Source: Acidimicrobiia bacterium (GTDB taxonomy: Bacteria; Actinomycetota; Acidimicrobiia; Acidimicrobiales; Bin134). From it: DNA of 24,000 nucleotides. Shown here piece by piece: positions 1 through 9,501 of this stretch; position 1 is the first letter of the stretch; the number at the start of each line of letters is the position of its first letter. The stretch is taken from the NCBI GenBank assembly GCA_022827405.1, contig JAJDTA010000212.1, positions 23,910 through 47,909 on the forward strand, given 5' to 3'. A program made the position numbers and the translations under genes. The notes below the pieces were generated by a model. The model was not told the origin of the DNA and did not search any database. It saw only the letters and a program-made list of their open reading frames with translations.

Positions 1-1721
1 TCGGCTCCAATCTGGGCGTGGTGGAATTGACGCTGGCCCTTCACCTGGTATTCGACTCTCCCCGCGACATCATCCTGTGGGATACCGGCCACCAAGCCTA
101 CGTACACAAGATGCTCACCGGGCGTACCGACCAGTTCAAGTCACTCCGCAAGCCCGGGGGCCTGTCGGGTTACCCGAGCCGGGAAGAGTCGCCCCACGAC
201 TGGATCGAGAACAGCCACGCCTCCACCGTGTTGAGCTACGCCCACGGCCTGGCCACCGCCCAGGAGGCTACCGGTGGCGAACAGCGCCGAGTGATTGCGG
301 TAGTGGGCGACGGCTCCCTTACCGGTGGGGTGGCCTTCGAGGGGCTCAACAACATCGGACACTCGGGCTGCAATGTGACCTTGGTGCTCAACGACAACGG
401 GCGCTCGTATGCCCCCACCATCTCCCGGCTGTCGGAGAGCCTTCTGCGGGTGCGGATGGACCCCCGCTATGTCCGCACCGACAACCAGGTTCGCAAGGTT
501 CTCCAGAACATCCCCTGGGTGGGCGACCTGGCCGGCCGGACCGTGGGGGCAGCCAAGGCGGCGGTGCGGGAGATGGTGGAGCCCCGCACGTTCTTCGACG
601 AGCTGGGCATCAGCTATTTCGGCCCGTTCGACGGCCACGACCTGGCCAAGCTTGAGCGGGTGTTCAGCCGGGTGTCCCATCTTGAAGGGCCGTGTTTGGT
701 ACACGTGCTCACCCAAAAGGGCCGGGGGTACGCGCCGGCTGAGAACGACCCGGTCAAGAACATGCACGACATGTCGATGGCCAAGCCCGGCAGCTACACC
801 GAGGCGTTCACGGAGGCGATGATCAAAGAGGCCGAGGCCCGGCCCGAAATGGTAGCCATCACCGCGGCCATGCCCGACTCCACCGGCCTGTTGCCGTTCG
901 CCGAGCGGTTCCCTGATCGGTGCTTCGACGTGGGCATCGCCGAGCAGCACGCGGTGACCGCAGCCGCCGGCATGGCCATGGGCGGGCTCCGCCCGGTGGT
1001 GGCCATCTACTCCACGTTTTTGACCCGGGCCATCGACCAGGTGAACCTCGACGTGGGATTGCACAACCAGCCGGTGGTGTTCTGTCTCGACCGGGCGGGC
1101 ATCACCGGCGACGACGGACCGTCGCACCATGGGGTGCTCGACATGGTGCTGCTCACCAAGATTCCCGGTATGACCGTGTTTGCCCCCTCGTCCTATCAAG
1201 AGATCCAGCAGATGCTGCACGATGCCTTGGAGATCACCACCGGTCCGGTGGCCTTGCGGTGGTCCAAGACTGCCGCCCCGTCGGTGCCCGAAGATGAGGT
1301 GGGTCACGGCCTCAAAGGCCGCAAGGTGAAAGAGGGCTCCGACGTGTGCCTGCTGGCGGTGGGCAAGATGCTGGCTTCCGCCCAAGAAGCTGCCGAGTTG
1401 TTGGAGGCCGACGGCGTGTCGACCACCGTGTGGGACGTCCGCTGCGTCAAACCCCTAGACGACGACATGCTGGCCAATGCCGCCAGCCATAAAGCCGTAG
1501 TGACCGTCGAAGACGGCTGGCGGGAGGGCGGTGCCGGCAGCTCTGTCGCTCACCACCTGGCTCACTCAGGCCGCGAGGGCCCCTTGCCCGCCATCCGAGT
1601 GCTGGGGGTGCCCAACGAGTACATCCCCCAGGGCGTGCCCGATCAGATCCTCGCCGATTGCGGCCTCGACGCCACCGGGATCGCGGCCTCCGCCCGCGAA
1701 GCGCTAGCCGTCACGGTTTAG
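1..1721 (+). CDS. dxs: 1-deoxy-D-xylulose-5-phosphate synthase (5'-truncated by window edge)
   Basis: The ORF is open at the window edge, and the frame from nt 3 reads GSNLGVVELTLALHLVF...DTGHQAYVHKMLTGR. It carries the TPP-binding block VVGDGSLTGG...LNDNGRSY, the DVGIAEQHAVT block and a transketolase-like C-terminal domain. Stop TAG is at 1719-1721. The N-terminus lies upstream of the window. Confidence 0.95.
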   Translation, partial: GSNLGVVELTLALHLVFDSPRDIILWDTGHQAYVHKMLTGRTDQFKSLRKPGGLSGYPSREESPHDWIENSHASTVLSYAHGLATAQEATGGEQRRVIAVVGDGSLTGGVAFEGLNNIGHSGCNVTLVLNDNGRSYAPTISRLSESLLRVRMDPRYVRTDNQVRKVLQNIPWVGDLAGRTVGAAKAAVREMVEPRTFFDELGISYFGPFDGHDLAKLERVFSRVSHLEGPCLVHVLTQKGRGYAPAENDPVKNMHDMSMAKPGSYTEAFTEAMIKEAEARPEMVAITAAMPDSTGLLPFAERFPDRCFDVGIAEQHAVTAAAGMAMGGLRPVVAIYSTFLTRAIDQVNLDVGLHNQPVVFCLDRAGITGDDGPSHHGVLDMVLLTKIPGMTVFAPSSYQEIQQMLHDALEITTGPVALRWSKTAAPSVPEDEVGHGLKGRKVKEGSDVCLLAVGKMLASAQEAAELLEADGVSTTVWDVRCVKPLDDDMLANAASHKAVVTVEDGWREGGAGSSVAHHLAHSGREGPLPAIRVLGVPNEYIPQGVPDQILADCGLDATGIAASAREALAVTV

Positions 1722-2019
1722 CGAACTGGCCAGTGATCTCCTTTACCGCTTCTCCGTAGGCGGCCAGCTTGGCGGGGCCAATGCCACTAATAGCCCGCAG
1801 TCCCGCATCGGTGGTGGGGCGATGGGTGGCCAATTCAGTGAGGGTGGCGTTGCTGAAGATTACGTAGGCGGGCACGTTGTCGGCTCGGCTGCGTTTGAGC
1901 CGCCACTCTTTCAAGGCTTCAAACGTGGCTGCGCCTACCGGGTCGGCGGGGGGCTGGGCCTTGGTCCGCTTCGACGACTTGGCAGCCGCTGTCCTCGGCG
2001 ATGAGGCCGGGGCGACCAC
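1711..2019 (-). CDS. HRDC domain protein (probably the detached C-terminal domain of the upstream helicase)
   Basis: 102-codon ORF with GTG at 2019. Residues ~30-100 (FEALKEWRLKRSRADNVPAYVIFSNATLTELATHRP...ISGIGPAKLAAYGEAVKEI) fit the HRDC pattern of RecQ/RNase D/UvrD2 C-termini. It is in the same frame as the helicase ORF, 30 nt downstream, separated by one TAG. Its 3' end overlaps the dxs 3' end by 11 nt (convergent). Confidence 0.75.
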   Translation of the reverse strand: MVAPASSPRTAAAKSSKRTKAQPPADPVGAATFEALKEWRLKRSRADNVPAYVIFSNATLTELATHRPTTDAGLRAISGIGPAKLAAYGEAVKEITGQFAKP

Positions 2020-2049
2020 AACCGGAGGTGTGAGCAGGCCGGTTGATGC

Positions 2050-4446
2050 CTATGGATCTGGTTCGGGCGGAGGCTGATACTGGGAGGTCAGTTCGCCTTT
2101 GAAGTCGGTGGGCGGGTTCCCGCAGATGAGGGTGACCGACTGCGAGCACCGGGTGATGGCCACGTGGAACACCCGCCGTTCTTCCTCGAGGTCGCCGGCC
2201 AGGCGGTGGGGCATCAGCCCCTTCGACGTCTCGTACACGATCACATGGGGCCATTCCCGGCCCTTCACCCGGTGAACGGTGGCCAGTTGCACGCCGTGAC
2301 CATGGCCTTCGCTCTCGTAGCCGTCGGCCAACCGGTCGGTCAGCCACCGGCGGAAATCGGTGGGATCGGGATGCAGGTGGGCCACCGAGATGAGCGCCCG
2401 CAGATCGTCGCCGTGGGCCGACCGGTCTACCGACCTGCGGGACGCATCCAGCCGGGTGTCGAGGCTTCCGCCGAGGCCCATCTCATCTCGCACTGTTTCC
2501 AACAGATACCGAGTGGTAGCACCGCCGTCGGCCTGCTTGGCCTTCGTTCGCAGCATCTCGACGTCGTCGGCGAACTCGCCCACCTTCTTGGACGACCGCT
2601 CGTCCTTGATGCGACCGGCCAGGGCCTTGATCTGCGAGGTGCTTTGCTGCTCGGCAATCCACTCGATGACCCGGGGGGAGATGCCCCGGGGCGGGCGGCG
2701 GGCGGCGTCCGACAGCGCCCGAGCTGGCAGGTCTCCCTCGGAGGCGGTGGCGATGTCGAGCCAGGCCAGGGCGGCGGCCACCCCCGTGCGCTCCAGGAAC
2801 AGCCGGCCCACCGGCTGATTGCACGGCACTCCCATGTCACCCAGCACGATCTGGGGGACCAGCAGCGTGCTGTTCACCCTGGTCAACACGGCCACATCCT
2901 GGGGCCGGGCACCGCTGTCGAGCAGCGATTCAACCGTTCGACTCAGCACCGGTGCCCCGTCGGCTGCCGTCTCGACAGTGATGGCCGAACCGGAGTCGCC
3001 ATTGTCTCGTCGAGCCCGACCCGACACGGCAGTGATCTGCTTGTCGATGCGGCGGCGGTTGTGAGACAGGAGGTTCGAAGCCGCTTCCACTACTTCAGGG
3101 GGACAGCGATAGTTGACATGCAGTTCGTGTCGTTGCGCCCCAGGAAAGTGCTTGTGGTAGTCGATGAGCCATTCCGGGGAGGCACCGGAATAGCCGTAGA
3201 TGGTCTGGTCATCGTCGCCCACCCCGAACACATCGGCCCTCGGTCCGGCCAGCAACCGCACCAACAGGAGGTGCGCGGGGGTGAGGTCCTGGAACTCGTC
3301 CACCAGAAGAACGCCACAAGTGCGCCGGGCCGCGGCCCGGGCGGCGGGGTCGCTCAGTAAGATGTCGATAGCCCGCATGATCTGCTGATCGAAGTCCACC
3401 AGTCCCTCGGCGTCGAGCAGGCTCACATATCGGGGGGCGATTTCAGAGAAGTCGGGAACATCGGGATGGAAATCGCGCTCCACCTCGGTGGGATCGCGCA
3501 AACCCAAACGGGACGCGCCCATCGCCTCAATCCAAGGGGCGAGCTGATCGGTCATAGCCCGCCGCTTGCGGGGCACCATCTCGCCGAGAAGATCCCGCAC
3601 CTGCCTCTCGTCCACCACCTCAACCCGACCGTGGTCTCGGGGTCGGGCGAACGGCCCGGTGCCGTTGCAGATGGCCAGGGCCAGGCTGTTGAGGGTGCGC
3701 ACTTCCAAGCCGGGCAGATCGGCGGTGCGCTCTTGCATCTCCGCCCGGGCCCGCACGTTGAACGCCACCAAGCAGACGGCTCTTGGGTCTACGCCGAGGT
3801 CGCGCACCAAGTACCGGGCCCGCTCGGTGAGCACCCGGGTCTTGCCCGACCCAGCTGGCGCCACAATGCTGGCAGCGCCCCCTAAGTGGCCGACAGCGGC
3901 ACGCTGGTCGTCGGCCAGATCGGCCTGGGAAACGGCCGGGTTGAGCGCTTCCAGGCAGCCCACCGCCAGATTCACCGCTGGAACCACAGCGGACCCGACC
4001 CCCTCGGGTGTGAACACGTCGAACGGCCCCCCGTCGCACCACATCGGCCCGGAATCGGTCACCACGTCCCCAGGCTCGCCAGCTTCCCCCGGCCGGGCCC
4101 CCAATGACAGCGCTCGCTCTTGCGGCTCAAACCGGGGCCGTTCCGGGTCTCGCCAATCCACCGTATTGGCCGTCAGAAGATGGCGGAGCACCTCAGCAGG
4201 CATGGTCAGACCTGGCCTGAGCTCCCACCACTGGGCGTGCATCACCGGCTCGGGCGGTGGCAGCTCGCCATCTAATTCGATTACCAGCGGAGTGCGATCC
4301 ACCCAGGCCCTCCTCAGCTCACGGCCCTTCTCAGGGTCGAATGCGTCGGTTCGGATCGTCAGCCGCTGACACCCCTCCCACGCTTCCGGCGTCGGCTGGC
4401 CCACGCGGACGAGGACGCTTCGACCCAGGCGCTCAGGTCCTCTCAT
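2050..4446 (-). CDS. UvrD/Rep/PcrA-family (SF1) ATP-dependent DNA helicase with ~170-aa N-terminal extension
   Basis: 798-aa ORF with ATG at 4446. Walker A is APAGSGKTRVL at about aa 196-206. Motif II is LLVDEFQDLTP and motif VI-like is TVHRVKGREWPHVIVY. A C-terminal ITRC block is typical of the UvrD_C domain. The ORF ends at TAG 2050-2052. Confidence 0.9.
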   Translation of the reverse strand: MRGPERLGRSVLVRVGQPTPEAWEGCQRLTIRTDAFDPEKGRELRRAWVDRTPLVIELDGELPPPEPVMHAQWWELRPGLTMPAEVLRHLLTANTVDWRDPERPRFEPQERALSLGARPGEAGEPGDVVTDSGPMWCDGGPFDVFTPEGVGSAVVPAVNLAVGCLEALNPAVSQADLADDQRAAVGHLGGAASIVAPAGSGKTRVLTERARYLVRDLGVDPRAVCLVAFNVRARAEMQERTADLPGLEVRTLNSLALAICNGTGPFARPRDHGRVEVVDERQVRDLLGEMVPRKRRAMTDQLAPWIEAMGASRLGLRDPTEVERDFHPDVPDFSEIAPRYVSLLDAEGLVDFDQQIMRAIDILLSDPAARAAARRTCGVLLVDEFQDLTPAHLLLVRLLAGPRADVFGVGDDDQTIYGYSGASPEWLIDYHKHFPGAQRHELHVNYRCPPEVVEAASNLLSHNRRRIDKQITAVSGRARRDNGDSGSAITVETAADGAPVLSRTVESLLDSGARPQDVAVLTRVNSTLLVPQIVLGDMGVPCNQPVGRLFLERTGVAAALAWLDIATASEGDLPARALSDAARRPPRGISPRVIEWIAEQQSTSQIKALAGRIKDERSSKKVGEFADDVEMLRTKAKQADGGATTRYLLETVRDEMGLGGSLDTRLDASRRSVDRSAHGDDLRALISVAHLHPDPTDFRRWLTDRLADGYESEGHGHGVQLATVHRVKGREWPHVIVYETSKGLMPHRLAGDLEEERRVFHVAITRCSQSVTLICGNPPTDFKGELTSQYQPPPEPDP

Positions 4447-4481
4447 GGCGTCGCCTGGTTCGTCGCCGCGGATGCGGTCTG

Positions 4482-6179
4482 CTAGTGGCGGATGAGGGTG
4501 CCGGGACGGTTGCCGGTGGGCTGGCCGTTGCGGAAGGTGATCTCACCGGCGCAGATGGTGGCGTCGTAGCCGTCGGCGGATTGCAGCAGGCGACAGGCGC
4601 CGGTGGGCAGATCGCCCACTACTTCGGGCAGATGCAGCCGCATGCCGTCGAGGTCAATCACGTTGACGTCGGCCCGCCGGCCCACCGCCAGTACGCCCCG
4701 ATCGTCGAAGCCGTACAGCTCGGCCGGCTCGGAAGTGAGCATCTTCACCGCCTCGGCAATCGACAGCTTCGGTCCTCGCTGCCGGTCGCGCACCCAATGC
4801 TGGAGCATGTAGGTGGGCAGGCTGGCGTCGGAGATCACGCTGCAATGGGCCCCGCCGTCGGCCAGCCCGACCACGGTCATGGGATGCACCATCATCTCCC
4901 GCAGGTCTTCCAGGTCGCCGTGGCGGTAACCGGTGAAGAACACCTGGAGCATCCCCCGCTCGCACATCAGGTCGTAAATCAGCTCGATCACGTCGGCGCC
5001 GGTCTTCTCGGCCATGGCGGCAACCGATTCGGACGGGTCGGGCTCGAACACTGGACCATCGTCGAACGGGAACGTGGCGTGCAGCGAGTGGCGCAAGATA
5101 CCCATGGCAGGATCGCCGGGGATGTCCTCGGCCAAGATGGCAGCCCGGACTTCAGGGCGGCGCAGCTCGACCAGCCGGTCCTCCAGCGGCAGGTTGTCGA
5201 GCAACTGATAGGCGGACCGCTTGGCGAACGGGTTGAACTGATCCCACCCGGCCAGCAGCCCGCCGGGGCGGCCCTGTACCTGGGGCACCAGCTTGGCCCC
5301 TTCGGCGTTGGCCCGCTCCACGATGTCCATCTGCTCGCGCCATTGGCCGGGGTTGACGTGTACCTGCACCATGGTGAAGGTGATGGCCCGGCCGGTTTCC
5401 AGGCTGAGGCGCCGATAGAGCTCCACCTCGCGTATGGGGGCGTCGGGATCCTCGCCCATCGATCCAGCCGGTACCACCTCTACCAGCGACTGGCCGTCGA
5501 GCGCGCCCATGATGGCGGCCAGCTCTTCATGATCGGCGAAGGTTCCCGGCACCGGCACTCCCGAAAGCGACGTGTGCATCGGCAGCCGGTTGGTGGAGAA
5601 CGCCACCGCGCCGGCCTGGGTTCCCTCGCCCACGATGCGGGCCATCTCGGTCAACTCCGCGGCGGTGGCCGACTCAGGCGTGGCCCCCCGCTCTCCCATC
5701 ACATAGGCCCGCACCGCTCCGTGGGGTACTTGGGCGGCCACATCGATGGTGCGGCCCAGCCTTTCCAGCTCGTCGAGATACTCGGGGAAGGTCTCCCACC
5801 GCCAGGTGATCCCCTCGTGGAGGGCGGCGCCGGGGATGTCCTCGACACCCTCCATCAGCTCGATCAGCCAGTCGTGGCGGCTGGGATCGGCGGGGGCGAA
5901 CCCCACGCCGCAGTTGCCCATCACCACCATTGTCACTCCATGCCACGCCGAGGGGGCCATGATCGGATCCCAGGTGGCCTGGCCGTCGTAGTGGGTGTGG
6001 ACATCGACAAACCCTGGAGTCACATAGCGGCCTGCGGCCTCAATCACCTCAACAGCATCGGCGTCGATACGGCTCTCGATGGCGGCCACCCGCCCGCCCG
6101 AAATCGCCACGTCGGCCACCGTCGGCGCAGTCCCCGTCCCGTCGACAACCGTGCCCCCGCGAATCAACAGATCAAGCAT
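4482..6179 (-). CDS. N-acyl-D-amino-acid deacylase (D-aminoacylase) family amidohydrolase
   Basis: 565-aa ORF. The N-terminus [13 protein letters not shown]...ISGGRVAAI is followed by the metal-binding [12 protein letters not shown] (HxH) block typical of the D-aminoacylase branch of the amidohydrolase superfamily. Confidence 0.85.
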   Translation of the reverse strand: MLDLLIRGGTVVDGTGTAPTVADVAISGGRVAAIESRIDADAVEVIEAAGRYVTPGFVDVHTHYDGQATWDPIMAPSAWHGVTMVVMGNCGVGFAPADPSRHDWLIELMEGVEDIPGAALHEGITWRWETFPEYLDELERLGRTIDVAAQVPHGAVRAYVMGERGATPESATAAELTEMARIVGEGTQAGAVAFSTNRLPMHTSLSGVPVPGTFADHEELAAIMGALDGQSLVEVVPAGSMGEDPDAPIREVELYRRLSLETGRAITFTMVQVHVNPGQWREQMDIVERANAEGAKLVPQVQGRPGGLLAGWDQFNPFAKRSAYQLLDNLPLEDRLVELRRPEVRAAILAEDIPGDPAMGILRHSLHATFPFDDGPVFEPDPSESVAAMAEKTGADVIELIYDLMCERGMLQVFFTGYRHGDLEDLREMMVHPMTVVGLADGGAHCSVISDASLPTYMLQHWVRDRQRGPKLSIAEAVKMLTSEPAELYGFDDRGVLAVGRRADVNVIDLDGMRLHLPEVVGDLPTGACRLLQSADGYDATICAGEITFRNGQPTGNRPGTLIRH

Positions 6180-6245
6180 GGGGCCATTCTTCCAGGCCGC
6201 AGTGACAGCGCCTACCCGGTGGGCGCTTCAGTTGAAGAAAAGAAC

Positions 6246-6875
6246 TCAGGCCCGGGCGAAATAGGGGTTGTCGCCGGCTTCGTGATCGGTGGCGTCCACC
6301 ACGTCGGTGATCTCGGGGATGGCCTCGGTGATCATCACGGTGATGCCCTCCCGCAACGTGGCCGCGCTCATGGCGCAACCCTGGCAGCCGCCGCCCATGG
6401 TGATGTAGGCGGTGTGCCCCTCCACCCCCAGCAAGTTGGCGAACCCGCCGTGGGAGGCCAGCGAGGGGTTGATGTGCTGGTCCAACAGCTGCTGGAGCTG
6501 CTCGGGGATGGTGCCCGAAAGCTCCAGGTCGGCGCCGGCCAGCAGATCAGGCTTGTTGGGGTTGCGGATCACCAGCCCGCCCTGCATGGGGTTGTTGGGC
6601 AGATCCAGGGTGGCACCGGTCAGGTTCTCCACCGACTCCTCGGGGATCATCACGGTGAGTCCACCGGTGATGATGTGGCGATGGCCCTCGGTGCAGTCGG
6701 CCACCTCCTCGAACGCCAGGTCGTAGGTGTAGTCGGCGCCGCTGGTGCCGGTGATCTCGATGCGCAGCCCTAAGGCTTCGGGATCGTCCTCGTTCGACCG
6801 GATGTCGAGCACCTTGTCGATGGCTGCTTCGCTGACTTCGAAAAGTTGGGCTTCCACGGTTTCGCTCACAACCAC
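6246..6875 (-). CDS. NfuA-like Fe-S cluster assembly/carrier protein (degenerate A-type N-domain + Nfu C-domain)
   Basis: Only the 3' ~207-209 codons of the 547-aa track ORF look protein-like. The N-terminal half resembles a HesB/IscA-like domain. The C-terminal half has INPSLASHGG...TMGGGCQGCAMS (Nfu CxxC motif). The start is GTG at 6875 or 6869, preceded by GGTAGGCTGG. The start position is uncertain by a few codons. Confidence 0.8.
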   Translation of the reverse strand: MVVSETVEAQLFEVSEAAIDKVLDIRSNEDDPEALGLRIEITGTSGADYTYDLAFEEVADCTEGHRHIITGGLTVMIPEESVENLTGATLDLPNNPMQGGLVIRNPNKPDLLAGADLELSGTIPEQLQQLLDQHINPSLASHGGFANLLGVEGHTAYITMGGGCQGCAMSAATLREGITVMITEAIPEITDVVDATDHEAGDNPYFARA

Positions 6876-6934
6876 CAGCCTACCCGAGCCCAACCTCTGC
6901 CACCATGGCCCAAAAGCCCGAACTGGGACTGGGA

Positions 6935-7753
6935 TCAACCGCGGCGGATTCGGCCGCGCAGCGCCCGGAAGGCCAATGATTGGGCCAAAAGCCCCACCAC
7001 GCCGATAGACAGCAGCGCCCGGCCCAGCGCCCATCCGTCCCAGCCCGAGAACAGCGAGCGCATGCCCTCCAGGGAATAGGTCATGGGGTTGAACCAGGTG
7101 ATGGCAGCCAGCCAGTCGGTCATCACATCGCGGCTTACCCAGGCGGTGGTCAAGAACATGAAGGGGAAGAACAACAAGAAGCTGGAGTTGACCGCGGCGG
7201 GGTTCCCGGTGCGCAGCGCGATGGCGTAGGGGAAGCCGGTGAAGGCCAGCCCCCACAGCGCGCCGAACAGCACGAACACCAACAGGCCCAGCACCCCGGT
7301 GGCGCCAAAGCTCACGCCGATGGCGAATCCCAACGCGATCACCGGTATGGCCATAACCACGAACAGGGTGAAGTCGGCCACCATGAGCCCCAACAGCAGG
7401 GCATAGCGGTTCACCGGGGTCATCAACAGCCGATCGAAGTAGCCGTCGGCGATGTCGATCACCAGCGAGTTGGCCCGGGACATGCCGGTCACCGCGGTCA
7501 TGATGGCCACCGGCAACTGGAAGGCCTTGTAGTCGATGTCGGAGACCACATCGCCGGCCAGGTTCTGGATGGCCCCGATGGTGACCATCAAGAAGAACAG
7601 GGGGATCAACATGGCGGGAATGATGGCTTCCAAGTCGCGGGGCAACAGCCGCAGCGCTCGGCTGGACACCGAGGCCATATCGCCGAAAAACCCCGACGGT
7701 CGGGCCCTGATCACATCGCCAGCAGGCCGGCCGGACAGAACGGCCTCGCTCAT
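6935..7753 (-). CDS. ABC-2 type transporter permease (DrrB-like)
   Basis: 272-aa ORF with about six hydrophobic spans. Its ATG overlaps the stop of the upstream ABC ATPase gene (ATGA, 7750-7753), indicating translational coupling. Confidence 0.85.
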   Translation of the reverse strand: MSEAVLSGRPAGDVIRARPSGFFGDMASVSSRALRLLPRDLEAIIPAMLIPLFFLMVTIGAIQNLAGDVVSDIDYKAFQLPVAIMTAVTGMSRANSLVIDIADGYFDRLLMTPVNRYALLLGLMVADFTLFVVMAIPVIALGFAIGVSFGATGVLGLLVFVLFGALWGLAFTGFPYAIALRTGNPAAVNSSFLLFFPFMFLTTAWVSRDVMTDWLAAITWFNPMTYSLEGMRSLFSGWDGWALGRALLSIGVVGLLAQSLAFRALRGRIRRG

Positions 7754-8691
7754 TCCTCCACCTCGATCCGGGCGCCGGTGAGCTCCAAGAACACGTCGTC
7801 GAGGGTGGTGGGATGGATCGACAGGTCCAACACCTCCACCCCGGCCGCCGACAGCGCCACCGCCACCGGGCTGACCACCGAGGCCCCATCGCCGGTGGCC
7901 GCGCTCACCTCGTTGCCATAGATATCGATATTGCTGATCCCCGACACCCCACCGATGGCCTCCGCCGCCACCTCGGGGTCGCCCGCTACCCGAGCCACCA
8001 CCACGTCGGACCCCACCGTGCGCTTGAGCTCATCGGGGGCGCCCTCGGCCACCAAACGGCCGTGGTCCAAGATACCCACCCGGTGGGTGAGAGCATCGGC
8101 CTCCTCCAGGTATTGGGTGGTGAGGAAGATGGTCATGCCCAGGTCGCGGTTCAGCCGGCGAATCTGCTCCCACACCACCGCCCGGCTTAAGGGGTCGAGG
8201 CCGGTGGTGGGCTCGTCCAAAAACAGCACCTCGGGGTTGTGCATCAGCGCGGCAGCCAGATCCAAACGGCGCTTCATGCCTCCTGAGTAGGTGGACACCC
8301 GCCGGTCGATGGCGTCCATCTCCAACAAGGGGGCCAATTCCTCGATGCGGGTGGCGATGTCTGGGCGCTCCAAGCCGTAGTAGCGGCCTTGCAGCATCAG
8401 CGTCTCCCGGCCGGTGAGCTTGCCGTCAAGAGCAGCATCTTGAAGGGCCACGCCGATGCTGAGCCGCACCAGATCGCCTTGCTGGGCCACGTCGTAGCCC
8501 GCCACCGAGGCCGACCCCGCAGTCAACGACGCCAAGGTGCACAGCATCCGCACCACAGTGGACTTGCCCGCGCCGTTTGGCCCCAAGAATCCGTAGACCT
8601 CTCCGGCAGCTACCTCCAGATCGAGCGAGTCGACCGCCACCACTTCGCCATAGGTTCGGCGCAATCCACGAGCGGAAATGGCAGCCGACAC
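7750..8691 (-). CDS. ABC transporter ATP-binding protein (DrrA-like)
   Basis: Walker A GPNGAGKST, signature YSGGMKRRL and Walker B LFLDEPTTGLD are present. GTG at 8691 is the preferred start because it gives the usual short lead-in to ISARGLRRTYG. The track ORF runs to 8748, which would overlap the divergent crotonase gene. The start is uncertain. Confidence 0.88.
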   Translation of the reverse strand: MSAAISARGLRRTYGEVVAVDSLDLEVAAGEVYGFLGPNGAGKSTVVRMLCTLASLTAGSASVAGYDVAQQGDLVRLSIGVALQDAALDGKLTGRETLMLQGRYYGLERPDIATRIEELAPLLEMDAIDRRVSTYSGGMKRRLDLAAALMHNPEVLFLDEPTTGLDPLSRAVVWEQIRRLNRDLGMTIFLTTQYLEEADALTHRVGILDHGRLVAEGAPDELKRTVGSDVVVARVAGDPEVAAEAIGGVSGISNIDIYGNEVSAATGDGASVVSPVAVALSAAGVEVLDLSIHPTTLDDVFLELTGARIEVEE

Positions 8692-8735
8692 GACTAATGA
8701 TGCTACCGATGAGCACCGCGATATTCTCATCGCCC

Positions 8736-9452
8736 ATGTCCGAAACATCGTGCCCTTCGGTCAGCTGCGAGCTGACGGGCGACGTCGCCCTCGTCCGGGT
8801 GGACGACGGCAAAGTCAACGTCTTGACCCACGAGGTGATCGCCGCCCTGCACGAATCGCTCGACCGGGCCGAGCAAGAGGCCAAGGCGGTGGTGCTGATC
8901 GGCCGGCCCGGCAAGTTCACCGCCGGCTTCGACCTCAAGGTGATGCAGTCGGGCCCCGAGGAGGCCAGCAACCTGTTCAGGGCGGGCATGGACCTGTTCG
9001 TGCGGCTCTATGAGTTCCCCATCCCAGTAGTGGCCGCCTGCACCGGCCACGCCTTTGCCGCCGGGGCCATCTGGCTCATGTGCTGCGATGTGCGCATCGG
9101 CGCCGACACGCCCACCAAGATCGGGCTCAACGAAACCGCCATCGGCATGGTGCTGCCTGCGTCGGTGATCAAGCTGGCCCGGGACCGCCTATCGCCTCGC
9201 CATGTCCACTCCTCGGTGCTGCTGGCCCGGCTTTATTCCCCGTCGGAAGCGGCCGAAGTCGGCTATTTGGACTGGGTCGTTCCGGCTGATGAGCTCGAAG
9301 AAGCCGCCATGTCCGAAGCGGCCGGGCTGGCCGAGGGACTCGCCTTGAAGGCCTTCGCCGGCACCCGGCGCTTGATCCGGGGAACGGTGGCCGAGTCGGT
9401 GCGGGAAATGCTCGACTACGACACCCGGTCGTTTACCGTCGGGTTGACGTGA
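8736..9452 (+). CDS. Crotonase / enoyl-CoA hydratase-isomerase family protein
   Basis: ATG at 8736 gives MSETSCPSVSCELTGDVALVRVDDGKVNVL..., then GRPGKFTAGFDLK and AACTGHAFAAGA, which match the crotonase oxyanion-hole regions. The upstream part of the track ORF (from 8577) is antisense to the ABC ATPase gene. Confidence 0.85.
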   Translation: MSETSCPSVSCELTGDVALVRVDDGKVNVLTHEVIAALHESLDRAEQEAKAVVLIGRPGKFTAGFDLKVMQSGPEEASNLFRAGMDLFVRLYEFPIPVVAACTGHAFAAGAIWLMCCDVRIGADTPTKIGLNETAIGMVLPASVIKLARDRLSPRHVHSSVLLARLYSPSEAAEVGYLDWVVPADELEEAAMSEAAGLAEGLALKAFAGTRRLIRGTVAESVREMLDYDTRSFTVGLT

Positions 9453-9501
9453 TGGGTGCCGGCTCGAATACAGAAGGCCTTACTACAGGAAGACAGCGAA
9501 C

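Noticed and set aside
141-1385. 414-aa minus-strand ORF
   Set aside because: It is antisense to dxs, which has unambiguous motifs. This is a shadow ORF in GC-rich DNA.
6207-6227. Hairpin AGCGCC-n9-GGCGCT just downstream of the NfuA-like gene
   Set aside because: The 6-bp stem has a 9-nt loop and no trailing T-run on the minus strand. This is too weak to call a terminator.
4257-6773. 838-aa plus-strand ORF, the longest in the track
   Set aside because: It is antisense to the well-supported D-aminoacylase and NfuA-like genes. Its composition (runs of G/A/R/H/P/V) is typical of a high-GC shadow frame, and it has no recognisable motif.
6876-7889. Upstream two-thirds of the 547-aa minus-strand ORF 6246..7889
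   Set aside because: This part overlaps the ABC-2 permease and ABC ATPase genes in another frame and reads as Arg/Gly/Pro/Trp-rich nonsense. Only the last ~207 codons (NfuA-like) are protein-like.
8692-8748. Longer N-terminus (MFRTWAMRISRCSSVASLV) for the ABC ATPase
   Set aside because: It would overlap the divergent crotonase start and adds a Cys/Ser/Arg-rich non-conserved leader. GTG 8691 gives the usual distance to the first beta-strand. This is not excluded experimentally.
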